Counted from the first letter of the stretch, positions 46,858-56,485 are shown. The stretch is 64,000 nt of DNA from an uncultured Gammaproteobacteria bacterium (GCA_964583685.1 CAZOVJ010000001.1:393152-457151); one strand, 5' to 3'. Program-made: numbers and translations. The notes: a model not told the origin generated them from the letters alone.

Positions 46858-48413
46858 TCTTTTTCAATTTTGCTCCAGCCAAAATTGGCAACCTCTGCTT
46901 TCGGGTTGTGAGTAGGATCACACTTCTCTTTTGGCAGTTCGCAAACAACAAAAAGCTGATTGGTTATTGTTTCATCTACCCTTAATGGATCAATATCTAT
47001 TACACCAGTATCCCATTTTTCCAAAAAATACTGATATGCATCCTCGTAGTTTCTTTCAGCAATAACAGCCAAGTTGAACTTCTGACCTTCTGCTTCTTCT
47101 TGAATTTTGGCGGCAACCTCTTGAGATCTTTGCAACTGCCTGTTTGGCGGACCATTAATCGGGCTGTTCCTTAAATTAACGATAATCAAGAAACCAAAGG
47201 CGATAAGCGATAAGAAATAAGCCCTTGGAGAAAAGTCTTTTAATTTCTGGATGATTGCCCCAACTAGAAGAAATGGGGTAGCAAAGAAAAAGCCGTAATA
47301 ATGGTCATAAATTTCCTGCTTAAAAACCCCTAATCCCAAAAGGGCGAAGCCTAGCCAAATAAGAAGCAGGAAATAGGTCTTAAACTTTTTAGCTTCAAAC
47401 CTTGAACGACAAAATTCAAAACCCAACCAGATTACTCCCGCTACCAATCCCAAAGCCGTCCATTTTCCCATAAGCTCATTTTTCCCTGCCAACAATCTGG
47501 TACTAATTTTCTCAATCAAAGGCCAAACTTTAGGTAGGGCTTTCCAGGGCCGGGCAGACACCGTTGTCTGTCTTTGTAAGAAAAATTTTTTCATGGAAGA
47601 AAAGTTCCGCCACCCATGCCGAGCATCAAAAATCACCAATGGAGACATAAGTAAAGTAAAAAGAGCTAGACAAAAAACCGAATACTTTAAAAAACTTTTT
47701 GTTTTTTCTTTATCTTTTTTTATTTCTATTAAGGTTAACAACCAGAAAATTGAAATAACCGGAGCTAAAAGTAAGCCTAAATAATGAGATTGTAAAACAA
47801 AGGCAAAAGATATCGCACTTAGCAAAAACCACTTCCATTCGTGTTTTTGCCAAATACGCCAGGTTGCATAAATCGTCAAAAGGCTAAAAAAGGGCATAAT
47901 GTTCGGATTCCATGAAGAGCGAGAGTAAACAATGACCACCGGCGAAACTGCATAAAGGCCAGCAGCAACCATACTGGCTAAAGGAATTTGTCCGGGGCTT
48001 GTTGAAGGAAACCACTCTCGAGCAATCAACCAAACAAGAGCAATTGTCAAAACAGCCAAAAGGGCAATCAGGACAGCCGGTCCAACAGGAGAATATCCTG
48101 CCAGGAAAAGAGCAGGGGCCATTAGGTAATAATATAAGGGGCCCAAATACATGTCGCCAATTGATGTTCCCGGACCAATCAAGATTGGATCTAGCTTAAC
48201 CAAAAGTCTTCTGACAACAATTACATCTCTACCTTCATCACCCAAAAAAGTCATGTATTCGGAAATTCTATAAAGTCTTAAAAAGCCACCAACTAATAAA
48301 ATTAAAGCCAGGACCATAAACTCCCTTTTATTGGCTTGAATCCAGGCTTTAATTTTGATGAACAGTGAACAGTTAACGGTGAACAGTCGTCTTCTCATTA
48401 CAATTTTCTCCAA
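46809..48413 (-). CDS. GT-C-like polytopic membrane protein, 'RD-motif' family paralog D; N-terminal extension built from heptamer repeats
   Basis: FLGDEGRDVIVVRRLLVKLDPILIGPGTS. An internal ATG at 48396-48398 overlaps the upstream stop by 1 nt and reads MRRRLFTVNCSLF, encoded by the RGTGAAC tract. Confidence 0.6.
   Translation of the reverse strand: MEKIVMRRRLFTVNCSLFIKIKAWIQANKREFMVLALILLVGGFLRLYRISEYMTFLGDEGRDVIVVRRLLVKLDPILIGPGTSIGDMYLGPLYYYLMAPALFLAGYSPVGPAVLIALLAVLTIALVWLIAREWFPSTSPGQIPLASMVAAGLYAVSPVVIVYSRSSWNPNIMPFFSLLTIYATWRIWQKHEWKWFLLSAISFAFVLQSHYLGLLLAPVISIFWLLTLIEIKKDKEKTKSFLKYSVFCLALFTLLMSPLVIFDARHGWRNFSSMKKFFLQRQTTVSARPWKALPKVWPLIEKISTRLLAGKNELMGKWTALGLVAGVIWLGFEFCRSRFEAKKFKTYFLLLIWLGFALLGLGVFKQEIYDHYYGFFFATPFLLVGAIIQKLKDFSPRAYFLSLIAFGFLIIVNLRNSPINGPPNRQLQRSQEVAAKIQEEAEGQKFNLAVIAERNYEDAYQYFLEKWDTGVIDIDPLRVDETITNQLFVVCELPKEKCDPTHNPKAEVANFGWSKIEKEWQVGGITLYQLVHTQ
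48357..48391. repeat. Heptanucleotide tandem repeat (RGTGAAC family, about 5 units, partly degenerate) at a gene junction
   Basis: gatgaacagtgaacagttaacggtgaacagtcgtc encodes MRRRLFTVNCSLF, an N-terminal extension of 46809..48413 just after the stop of 48398..49108. Confidence 0.85.
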
Positions 48414-49108
48414 AGTCGAAAAAGATCCAGAAAACTCCTGACAATAACATTTAAACTAGCCCCGGTTGCTCTTCCGGCCAGTCGAGGATAATGGTTAACT
48501 CCAACTTCAACAATTTTAAACCCTTTCTTTTTTGCCTTGATTAAAAGCTCACTGCTGATGAAGGCGCCCCTTTCACTCTCCAGTCTAGAAATCTGATTAA
48601 TAACCTTTTTGGAAGCCAGTTTAAATCCACAGTCAATGTCCCGGACCCTAAGACCAAAGAGAAGAAAAACCAACCATTGCCAGAAAAAACTATTTAGCTT
48701 GCGAATAAAGGGAACTTGACGCTTTAAATAATATCCTATAACAATATCGGCACTTGTCCGCTTTTGAGTTTGGATAAATTTGCTAATCTCTAAAAAATCA
48801 AACTGACCATCAGCATCAATAAAGGCAATCCAGAAATACTTTGAATTATAAAATCCACTTTTGAGAGCTGCTCCGTAACCACGATTCACTTGATGACTAA
48901 TTATCCGTATCCTTTTGTCTTCTTTACTTAATTTCCGGGCAATTTCAGCCGTTTTGTCCTCAGAACCATCATCGATTATCAGTATTTCCCATTTATTCGC
49001 TATTTTCAGAAGAACTTCTTTGGCCTTTATAACGGTTTCCTCCAAATGTGTTTCTTCATTGTAAGCAGGAAAAAAGACCGATAACTCGCCAATCAGTTTT
49101 CCTTTCAT
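48398..49108 (-). CDS. GT2 polyprenol-phosphate sugar synthase-like glycosyltransferase
   Basis: LSVFFPAYNEETHL...ILIIDDGSEDKT...FIDADG. Confidence 0.8.
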   Translation of the reverse strand: MKGKLIGELSVFFPAYNEETHLEETVIKAKEVLLKIANKWEILIIDDGSEDKTAEIARKLSKEDKRIRIISHQVNRGYGAALKSGFYNSKYFWIAFIDADGQFDFLEISKFIQTQKRTSADIVIGYYLKRQVPFIRKLNSFFWQWLVFLLFGLRVRDIDCGFKLASKKVINQISRLESERGAFISSELLIKAKKKGFKIVEVGVNHYPRLAGRATGASLNVIVRSFLDLFRLWRKL

Positions 49109-49154
49109 ACCTGAAGTCTAGCATAAACTATTTAGGCTGTGCTAACATTTAAAC

Positions 49155-50312
49155 ATGCTAAAAAGGGGCAAGGAGTTCATCCTAATTATACTTTCCTCTT
49201 TGATTCCAACCTTGCTTATCTGGCTACCTTTTTTCTTGAGATTCAAAAGTTTCTGGACAATTCCCTTGCCCAGTGATGGCATGGCCACTATTGTTGCCAA
49301 TTATGATGGTCCTCTTTATCTCGTCCTTGCCAAAACCCTTTATAATACTCAGCAGATTGGGGAAAGTTTCTCCTTCCCTCTGCCGCTGGAATATTATGCC
49401 GCCCATTTTCCTTTATTTCCCGCTCTCATCAGACTTATTTCTTTGATTTTGGGTTACCCCTATGCCATGCTCTTGGTAACGGTTCTTTCTTCAATACTTG
49501 CCCTCTATTTCTTTAACAAACTGGGGCAGGAATACACTGATAAACAAAGCGCTCTCTGGCTAACACTGGTTTTCTCAATTTTCCCGGCAAGATGGCTTAT
49601 TGTTCGTTCCATCGGCTCGCCAGAGCCTCTCTTCATAGCCAGTATCCTCGCCTCCATCTATTTCTTTAAGAAGAAAAAATATTGGCCAGCCGGCATCTGG
49701 GGGGTAATCGCTCAACTAACCAAATCAGCTGGAATACTTCTTTTTATTGCCTATCTGGCCATCATTCTCTTTCCAAAATTAAAGACCTTCGCAACAAAAC
49801 GATTTAAAACATGGCTAAAATCTCTAGATTGGCAAGCTACTCCAGTTCTTCTCATACCATTGGCCCTACTTGCAGTTTTCTTTTTATACAAACACACCTT
49901 TAATGATTTTCTGGCTTATTTCCATTCTGGAAACAACATCCATTTACTTTTCCCTCCCTTTCAAATTTTCAACTATAGCCAGCCTTGGGTGGGAACTTTC
50001 TGGTTGGAGGAAATAATCTTTATCTACTTATTCGGCTTGCTTGGCTTGCTTAGCCTTATTAAACAAAAGAGAATCATACTGGCCTGGTTTGTGGGAATTT
50101 TCTTTGCTACCACCATTTTCATTTCCCACCGGGACCTTCTTCGTTACAGCCTGCCGATTGTTCCCTTTATTCTTATCGCTTTTTCCGACTTCTTAAACCG
50201 CAAAGAGTTTAAAATCGCCCTTGCTTTTTTAATAATCCCTATTTATCTCTTTGCTCTCAGTTATATCGCCCAGAACATTATGCCTATCTCCGACTGGGCC
50301 CCACTACTTTAA
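49155..50312 (+). CDS. Polytopic membrane protein, unknown (possibly GT-C-like)
   Basis: 385 aa, about 10 TM helices. Confidence 0.5.
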   Translation: MLKRGKEFILIILSSLIPTLLIWLPFFLRFKSFWTIPLPSDGMATIVANYDGPLYLVLAKTLYNTQQIGESFSFPLPLEYYAAHFPLFPALIRLISLILGYPYAMLLVTVLSSILALYFFNKLGQEYTDKQSALWLTLVFSIFPARWLIVRSIGSPEPLFIASILASIYFFKKKKYWPAGIWGVIAQLTKSAGILLFIAYLAIILFPKLKTFATKRFKTWLKSLDWQATPVLLIPLALLAVFFLYKHTFNDFLAYFHSGNNIHLLFPPFQIFNYSQPWVGTFWLEEIIFIYLFGLLGLLSLIKQKRIILAWFVGIFFATTIFISHRDLLRYSLPIVPFILIAFSDFLNRKEFKIALAFLIIPIYLFALSYIAQNIMPISDWAPLL

Positions 50313-50318
50313 ACAAAG

Positions 50319-50696
50319 TTGAGAGTGTTTGGAAGAAAAACTCTGCTATTCTTCAAAAATATGACCGTTGAGCAGTTTAGTGGAGCCCAGTGGGTTAGAC
50401 TAAAAGGGCCCCTTTTGAGACTTGAAGGCAGTATTTGCCCAAAATGCAGGAAAATACACTTCCCTCCCCGTCCATACTGCTATAGTTGCAACGGTAAAGA
50501 CGGCCATCGGCCTGAAGAAGATATTGATGAAACTGTGACTGTTTATCAAGCGCCACAAACTGATAGAAACCACAGATGGACAGTTGGAATCCCACTAGTT
50601 GGAAAACAATTAGAAAGAGGGCGGGTTGATTCCTGGAAAAGGCCTGTTGAAGTTACTGGAATCAGACCTAGGGCTCGACAAGTGTCCAAAAAATAG
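50319..50696 (+). CDS. DUF35/COG1545-like Zn-ribbon (OB-fold) protein, orphan, possibly degenerate; TTG start
   Basis: WVRLKGPLLRLEGSICPKCRKIHFPPRPYCYSCNG matches the CxxC...FPPR..CxxC signature of DUF35 proteins. No SCP-x/thiolase partner nearby. GC higher than the surroundings. Confidence 0.4.
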   Translation: MRVFGRKTLLFFKNMTVEQFSGAQWVRLKGPLLRLEGSICPKCRKIHFPPRPYCYSCNGKDGHRPEEDIDETVTVYQAPQTDRNHRWTVGIPLVGKQLERGRVDSWKRPVEVTGIRPRARQVSKK

Positions 50697-50702
50697 ATTT
50701 CC

Positions 50703-51557
50703 CTACAGATACCGAGCCTCCATATCCACAAGCTGTTGATTCAGGAGAGACTGAGAATAGATCGGATTAAAAACTAAGTTTTTCTTCATATAATCATTAA
50801 ATCTTTTATACCCTAAAATAATTTCAGTAACACCTGTACGATAATTATTATTTTTGGAATTTATTATTTGATCTACAGATACAAAGCGAAAATCTTCTAA
50901 TTTATAACTTGAGAACGCTTTCTTAGAAGAAAACTTTTTAGGCAAGTGTAACTGAAATACTGACACCCTTATATCTAAAACATCTAAATACATATAGGGA
51001 TTTATTTTTTCAGCAATTACATTTGGAATTTTTCCCATAACAGCAAAATCAGTAAAAACCTCTTGTTGCAAAACCCGTAAAATACTTTCTTTGTTAGAAT
51101 CGATTTTAGAAGAAAAACCCATTGGCAAAGATAGTGAACCAAAGGGTTTTCCAAGCTCAAGTCTGGGAGTTGAAATATCTTTTGCAATAAGCACTTTGTT
51201 TTGATTGCCATAAGAAGTTAAAACCAAAGCGGTTGCCACTCTTCTAGTAATTCCCTCTTTGACATAAGAAGCTATACGATACAAGGTCGAAATAGAAGTC
51301 TGAAAACTTGAGGGTATCTTTTTATAAAGAGACTCAATGGTTGTACTTTGCTCAACCAGCTGGAATATAAATGATATTGCTTCGGTAATCTTGCTGTTTG
51401 GACCAGCTACCTTGATAATTCCCCATTTATCCAAAACCCTTTGATAACCCGCATAAGATACTGGTATATCGTGATTATGTTTTTCTAAAACTGCATCAAC
51501 TGAGCCATGCTTTAAATATTCTCTAACTAAAAATTCATTAAACTCTTTTTCCGTCAT
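50703..51557 (-). CDS. Hypothetical soluble protein, no family recognised
   Basis: ORF 50703..51608 trimmed to the internal Met (MTEKEF) so that its ATG abuts the upstream stop at 51554. Confidence 0.45.
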   Translation of the reverse strand: MTEKEFNEFLVREYLKHGSVDAVLEKHNHDIPVSYAGYQRVLDKWGIIKVAGPNSKITEAISFIFQLVEQSTTIESLYKKIPSSFQTSISTLYRIASYVKEGITRRVATALVLTSYGNQNKVLIAKDISTPRLELGKPFGSLSLPMGFSSKIDSNKESILRVLQQEVFTDFAVMGKIPNVIAEKINPYMYLDVLDIRVSVFQLHLPKKFSSKKAFSSYKLEDFRFVSVDQIINSKNNNYRTGVTEIILGYKRFNDYMKKNLVFNPIYSQSLLNQQLVDMEARYL

Positions 51558-52726
51558 CCGACTAGTCTTTGAAGCCAGCCAAGTCCGGGAATTTTCCAGG
51601 TTTTCCAAATAAGAATATTGTAGGCCGCGTAATTATAGGGAATGACAAAAAATCCTATGGCAATAATAAGCATAATTTGACGGACTCCTTCCCCAAAGAA
51701 CCGGGTCCCAATACCGACCACCACTGCCTGGATAATGATTGCCCCAATTGAAGTAAAATTGAATTGTAAAAACTTTGATATTAACTTGCCTAGTTTTGTA
51801 ATCTTCTTTTCTTTAAACGTCCAAAGGTTATTGAGAGTAAAATTGGAAATTATGGCCAGTTCCGCCCCTCCAGCCGCGGCCAAGGCTGGGGTAGCACCAA
51901 GTCGATAAAAAACTTCCAAGCCGACTGCATTGATGATATAGCCAATAAAACCAACTGTCCCGAATTTTATAAATCTCTGCTTATCTTTTATTCCCAAAAT
52001 TATCGCGACTTTAAAAGTAGCAATCATTTCTTTTATGTCAAACTTTGATTGTTCTTCAGTTCGAGGAGCAAATTCAAGCGGAACTTCCACAACTTTTTTG
52101 GCATTTTTTACACTTTGATACAAAAGATCAACTTTATAGGCAAAACGGTGTAGTTCCATCAGATTATCAGGATCAATTTTGTCAAGAACTCCCTTAACTT
52201 TTGTAAGCCGAAAGCCAGTGGTTAAATCATGCAAAGATGGTTTCAAAAGCACAAGTCTAATAAATAGATTTCCAAAAAAACTAACCGCTTTCCGGCTAAA
52301 TGCCCACTCTGCTGGAACAGATCCTCCAGGGATATATCTAGAACCTATGGCATAATCGGCACCTTTTGCATACGCTTCAACCATTGGCTTGACAAACCTT
52401 GGCGGGTGTTGAAAATCAGCGTCCATTTCCATAACCGCATCTGCCTTAAGCTTATCCATTGCATATTTCATTCCCCTCACATATGCCTTGCCCAATCCAG
52501 CTTTTTTACCTTGAACTAAATGAAGTTCTTTGTGTTTTTTTTGGGCCTTTTTAACAATTTCACCAGTGCCATCTGGAGAATTATCATCAACTACAAGAAG
52601 ATGCATCTGGGTATTTTTAATTCTGGGAAACTCTTTTTCAAGAAGTTCAGGAATCATACGGCTAATATTTTTAGCCTCATTGTAGGTGGGAATTATAACA
52701 ACAATCTTCATATTTTTATCATACAT
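51554..52726 (-). CDS. GT2 polyprenol-phosphate mannose/glucose synthase fused to a C-terminal GtrA-like membrane domain
   Basis: KIVVIIPTYNEAKNI...LLVVDDNSPDGT...MEMDADFQHPP (DPM1 signature). C-terminal 4-TM GtrA-like region (FIKFGTVGFIGYIIN). Confidence 0.8.
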   Translation of the reverse strand: MYDKNMKIVVIIPTYNEAKNISRMIPELLEKEFPRIKNTQMHLLVVDDNSPDGTGEIVKKAQKKHKELHLVQGKKAGLGKAYVRGMKYAMDKLKADAVMEMDADFQHPPRFVKPMVEAYAKGADYAIGSRYIPGGSVPAEWAFSRKAVSFFGNLFIRLVLLKPSLHDLTTGFRLTKVKGVLDKIDPDNLMELHRFAYKVDLLYQSVKNAKKVVEVPLEFAPRTEEQSKFDIKEMIATFKVAIILGIKDKQRFIKFGTVGFIGYIINAVGLEVFYRLGATPALAAAGGAELAIISNFTLNNLWTFKEKKITKLGKLISKFLQFNFTSIGAIIIQAVVVGIGTRFFGEGVRQIMLIIAIGFFVIPYNYAAYNILIWKTWKIPGLGWLQRLVG

Positions 52727-53502
52727 TTTTCTGCTCTTATTTGAAATGCCAACTTAATATACTCTAATACATCTTTTATATAAATCTTAATATATTTTGG
52801 ATTAAAAGATACTTTAGATTCTCCCCTGGTTCGAAATTGATAAATAACAGGAAATTCATGAAACTTATCAGTTACTTGTGTTAGTTTAAAAAGGCTATAA
52901 AAGAAAAAGGCAAAACCTGTAACCTTCAGCTTTTGCCAATTAATCTTATCAAGCACGCCCTTTACTCTTATTGCCCTAAAGGCTCCATTTTTATCATAAA
53001 CTTGGTTTACACCCGCAACCCAAGTCGCAAAAAATGTATTGGCTAGCCAGTGATTAATTCTCCGGCTAATTGTCCAGCTCTTGGTTTTGCCAACTCCAAC
53101 GTGTCGCGACCCAACCAAAACATCAGAGCCACCCTCAATTTTCTCAAGCATATAACCCAAATGTTTAAAATCAAAAGCAAAATCCGCTTCATTGGAAATT
53201 AATACATCTGCTTTCAAATTCTTCATGGCATAAAGATAGCCCCTTATCATCGCTTTTCCCAACCCCCTTTTTCTCCCCGAGAGAAGTTCAATTTTCCTTG
53301 ATCGGCCCTTGAACCTTTTCACAATCTGACCAGTGTTATCAGGAGAGTTATCATCCACAATTAATATTTTGAAGGTGTATCTTTTTAATTTAGCTATTAA
53401 GGCCAAAAGCTCGTTAAGAAGTTTTGTTATATTCTCCTTTTCATTATAAGTTGGAATCAAAATCACAACCCGCATGTTTTTGAATTTAACAGTTTCCAAC
53501 AA
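52708..53502 (-). CDS. GT2 DPM1-like glycosyltransferase
   Basis: MRVVILIPTYNEKENI...ILIVDDNSPDNT...SNEADF. Confidence 0.75.
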   Translation of the reverse strand: MLETVKFKNMRVVILIPTYNEKENITKLLNELLALIAKLKRYTFKILIVDDNSPDNTGQIVKRFKGRSRKIELLSGRKRGLGKAMIRGYLYAMKNLKADVLISNEADFAFDFKHLGYMLEKIEGGSDVLVGSRHVGVGKTKSWTISRRINHWLANTFFATWVAGVNQVYDKNGAFRAIRVKGVLDKINWQKLKVTGFAFFFYSLFKLTQVTDKFHEFPVIYQFRTRGESKVSFNPKYIKIYIKDVLEYIKLAFQIRAEKCMIKI

Positions 53503-53559
53503 TCAACACAAGCTGATAAACTTGATATACATATTGACAAAAGCTAAAATTGCTCTGTC
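53503..53559. promoter_or_regulatory. Divergent promoter region between the GT2 operon (-) and the ABC exporter operon (+)
   Basis: 57-nt spacer containing TTGACA (53534-53539) and A/T-rich -10-like hexamers. Spacing is not ideal. Confidence 0.25.
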
Positions 53560-54594
53560 TTGGAAAATATGCTGGAGAAAATTAAACAAATAATAACAAG
53601 AAGAAAAAAGCTGACTATTGGGCTGGTTTTAGTCATTGCCGTAGCTGGATTTATTATCTACAAACGCTTCTTTGCTTTTAAGGCTGGTTTAGACAAGACA
53701 ACTGTCAAGAGAGGGAGTGTTGCCGAAGAACTAATTTTGTCCGGTGAAATAAAGGCTGAAGAGCACGCTGTATTACGATTTGAAACCTCGGGTCAAATCA
53801 TTTGGGTGGGAGCAAAAGAGAGCAATATTGTTAAAAAAGGACAACTATTGGCCAAACTTGATACAACCAGCCTTAATGCTAGCTATCAAAGAGCTCTTTC
53901 TGATCTTCGTTCAGCCCAAGCAACGGTTGAGCGTGTCCACGACGATGTTAAAGACCATGCCTCAGATGAAACTTACACTCAAAAAGAAACTAGAACAACT
54001 GCCGAGGTAGCAAAAGACAAAGCCTATGAGGCAGTCTTAATTGCTGAAAGAAATCTAAAGGGGGCATCACTCCATGCGCCGTTTAAAGGAACAGTAACCT
54101 CTGTAGCCAATCCCTTTCCTGGAGCATTTGTTCTCTATTCTCAAAACCAATTCGAAATAGTTAACCCTAAGACCATTTATTTTAATGTTTCTGCTGACCA
54201 AACCGAGATAACACTCATGAAAGAAGGCCAGGAAGTGGCAATAACCTTGGATTCTTTTCCGGAAAAAGAAATAAAGGGAACTATTGAGAATATTTCCTTT
54301 AGCCCAGACCTTGAAGAAGTGGGGGTCGTTTATAAGATAAAGGTTTCTTTTGAAGAGCTCGAAACTGAGGACCTTAAATACAGACTGGGAATGACCGGCG
54401 ATGCGACCTTTGTTATGGATGAAGTAAAAGATGTTTTGTATGTTCCTGTTCAATTTCTTAAAACAGATAAGGAAGACCATTATCTGCTGATAAACGGCGG
54501 CAAGAAAAAAGTTTACGTTGAAATAGGGGTCGAAGGCGAAGACAAAGTAGAAATAAAGGGAGACATCAAAGAGGACGATATCGTCTATGATTAG
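53560..54594 (+). CDS. Efflux transporter periplasmic adaptor (HlyD/MacA-like membrane fusion protein)
   Basis: N-terminal TM anchor, coiled-coil region, beta-barrel/lipoyl-like segments. Precedes the ABC ATPase and permease. Confidence 0.7.
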   Translation: MENMLEKIKQIITRRKKLTIGLVLVIAVAGFIIYKRFFAFKAGLDKTTVKRGSVAEELILSGEIKAEEHAVLRFETSGQIIWVGAKESNIVKKGQLLAKLDTTSLNASYQRALSDLRSAQATVERVHDDVKDHASDETYTQKETRTTAEVAKDKAYEAVLIAERNLKGASLHAPFKGTVTSVANPFPGAFVLYSQNQFEIVNPKTIYFNVSADQTEITLMKEGQEVAITLDSFPEKEIKGTIENISFSPDLEEVGVVYKIKVSFEELETEDLKYRLGMTGDATFVMDEVKDVLYVPVQFLKTDKEDHYLLINGGKKKVYVEIGVEGEDKVEIKGDIKEDDIVYD

Positions 54595-55264
54595 TTTAAG
54601 TAATGTTTATAAAACCTACTTCCTTGGAGATGAAAAAGTTGAAGCCCTCAAGAAGATAAATCTGGATATCAAAGAAGGCGAATATCTTGGAATCTTAGGC
54701 CATTCAGGCAGCGGCAAATCTACACTGATGCACATCATCGGCCTTCTTGACAGGCCGAGTAAGGGGAGGATAAAACTTTTTAATAAAAAGACTGAAAATC
54801 TCTCAGATGATGAAATCTCCCGTCTAAGGAACGAGTATATCGGATTTGTCTTTCAGCAGTTTAACCTGATTGAAAAATTTACTATTCTTGAAAACGTTCT
54901 CTTGCCGACCCTCTACGCTAAAAACAAATTAAAATTTGATCCCCAAAAACGAGCTCTTGAGCTTCTTAAAAGTTGTGGAATTCATGAGAGGGCTGACTTC
55001 TATCCTAATAAAATCTCAGGCGGCGAGCAACAAAGAACAGCCATTGTCAGAGCCCTGATGATGAACCCTAAAATTCTTTTGGCGGACGAGCCAACAGGAA
55101 ATATTGACACTAAAACAGGAGATGAGATCATGGACCTGATTGATAAATTAAATAAAGAGATGGGCGTGACCATTGTCGTGGTTACCCATGAAAAGCATAT
55201 CGTGGAGAGGACAAAACGACAAATATTTATTCGTGACGGCGAAATAGTTTCAAAATATCTTTAA
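54587..55264 (+). CDS. ABC transporter ATP-binding protein (MacB/LolD-like)
   Basis: Walker A GHSGSGKST, signature LSGGEQQR, Walker B ILLADEPTGNID. Confidence 0.9.
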   Translation: MISLSNVYKTYFLGDEKVEALKKINLDIKEGEYLGILGHSGSGKSTLMHIIGLLDRPSKGRIKLFNKKTENLSDDEISRLRNEYIGFVFQQFNLIEKFTILENVLLPTLYAKNKLKFDPQKRALELLKSCGIHERADFYPNKISGGEQQRTAIVRALMMNPKILLADEPTGNIDTKTGDEIMDLIDKLNKEMGVTIVVVTHEKHIVERTKRQIFIRDGEIVSKYL

Positions 55265-56466
55265 TGAAAAATCTTTTATTTCAAATAAAAACAGCCTCCG
55301 AGGATTTTAGAAGAAATAAAGTTCGAACATTTTTGGCCTCTCTTGGAATAATGATTGGTGTTTTATCTGTTGTCATGCTCATCGCCCTGGGGCTGGGTTT
55401 AAAAAATTATATCAAACAGCAATTTGAAAGTATGGGTTCAAACCTAATTTTTATCATGCCAGGGAGCTTTCTTTCAGGAGAAGGCGGGCTTAGATCCATG
55501 GGACCAGGCCTTATGGGAGGAGCCAAATTTGATGAGAGAGATCTAACAAGCTTGCAAAGAATCCCAGAACTTGATTATGTAATCCCCATGTACACAAAAG
55601 CTACTCTAGTTGAGGCAAAAGGAGAAGAAGAGTATGGTAATATCCTAGGCACGAATGAAGAGGCGTTTAAAGCACTTAACTTAGAGCCAAAAAAAGGCAT
55701 TGTCTTTACGAAGAGTGATGTGCAAAGAAAGGCAAAAAAGGTAGTCCTTGGCTATAATCTGGCCAAAGATCTTTTTGGAGAACCCGAAGACGCTATTGAC
55801 AAAAAGATTCGCTTTGACAATCAACGTTTTAAGGTTATAGGCATTTTGGAAAAAAAGGGTGACCAGGAAATGGATGCGGGAATTTTTATGCCCTATAAAA
55901 CTACCTTTGGAAGCATCAACCCTGACAAAACATTTTTCGCAATCTACCTGGGAGTTCACTCCGATGAAGATGTAGATAGAGTTAAAAATAAAGCAGAGGA
56001 AATTCTTCTAAAAAGGCATGAAGAAGAAGATTTTTCAGTTACAGAACAGACTGAAATGTTAAATATTGTCAATCAAATATTTGGGGTAATCAACGGTGTC
56101 CTAATTGCCATTGGTTCAATTTCTCTGGTTGTGGGTGGGATTGGAATCATGAATATTATGTATGCCAATGTTAGTGAGCGGACAAGGGAGGTGGGCATCA
56201 GGCGGGCAATCGGTGCAACCAAAAAAGACATCCTCTTTCAATTCCTGTTCGAATCAATAATGTTATCCCTGTTTGGCGGAATTATGGGTTTGGTTATAGC
56301 GATTATTTTGGTCATTATAATAAGAAACTTTTTCCCAGTGGCGATTAATCTGGTAGCAGGAATTGTAGCCTTTGGTGTAAGCACTTTTATCGGTGTTTTC
56401 TTTGGGGTTTTCCCTGCCCGCCGGGCCGCCAACCTTGAACCAATTGAAGCCATAAGATACGAATAA
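55264..56466 (+). CDS. ABC transporter permease, FtsX/MacB-like
   Basis: N-terminal TM, large periplasmic domain, then 3 C-terminal TM helices (FtsX fold). ATGA overlap with the ATPase gene. Confidence 0.8.
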   Translation: MKNLLFQIKTASEDFRRNKVRTFLASLGIMIGVLSVVMLIALGLGLKNYIKQQFESMGSNLIFIMPGSFLSGEGGLRSMGPGLMGGAKFDERDLTSLQRIPELDYVIPMYTKATLVEAKGEEEYGNILGTNEEAFKALNLEPKKGIVFTKSDVQRKAKKVVLGYNLAKDLFGEPEDAIDKKIRFDNQRFKVIGILEKKGDQEMDAGIFMPYKTTFGSINPDKTFFAIYLGVHSDEDVDRVKNKAEEILLKRHEEEDFSVTEQTEMLNIVNQIFGVINGVLIAIGSISLVVGGIGIMNIMYANVSERTREVGIRRAIGATKKDILFQFLFESIMLSLFGGIMGLVIAIILVIIIRNFFPVAINLVAGIVAFGVSTFIGVFFGVFPARRAANLEPIEAIRYE

Positions 56467-56485
56467 ATCTTTTCACTTCACACCT

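Noticed and set aside
50319-50696. Calling the DUF35-like ORF a rubredoxin
   Set aside because: The Cys spacing (CxxC-13-CxxC with FPPR between) fits the DUF35 zinc ribbon rather than the rubredoxin CxxCG...CPxCG knuckles.
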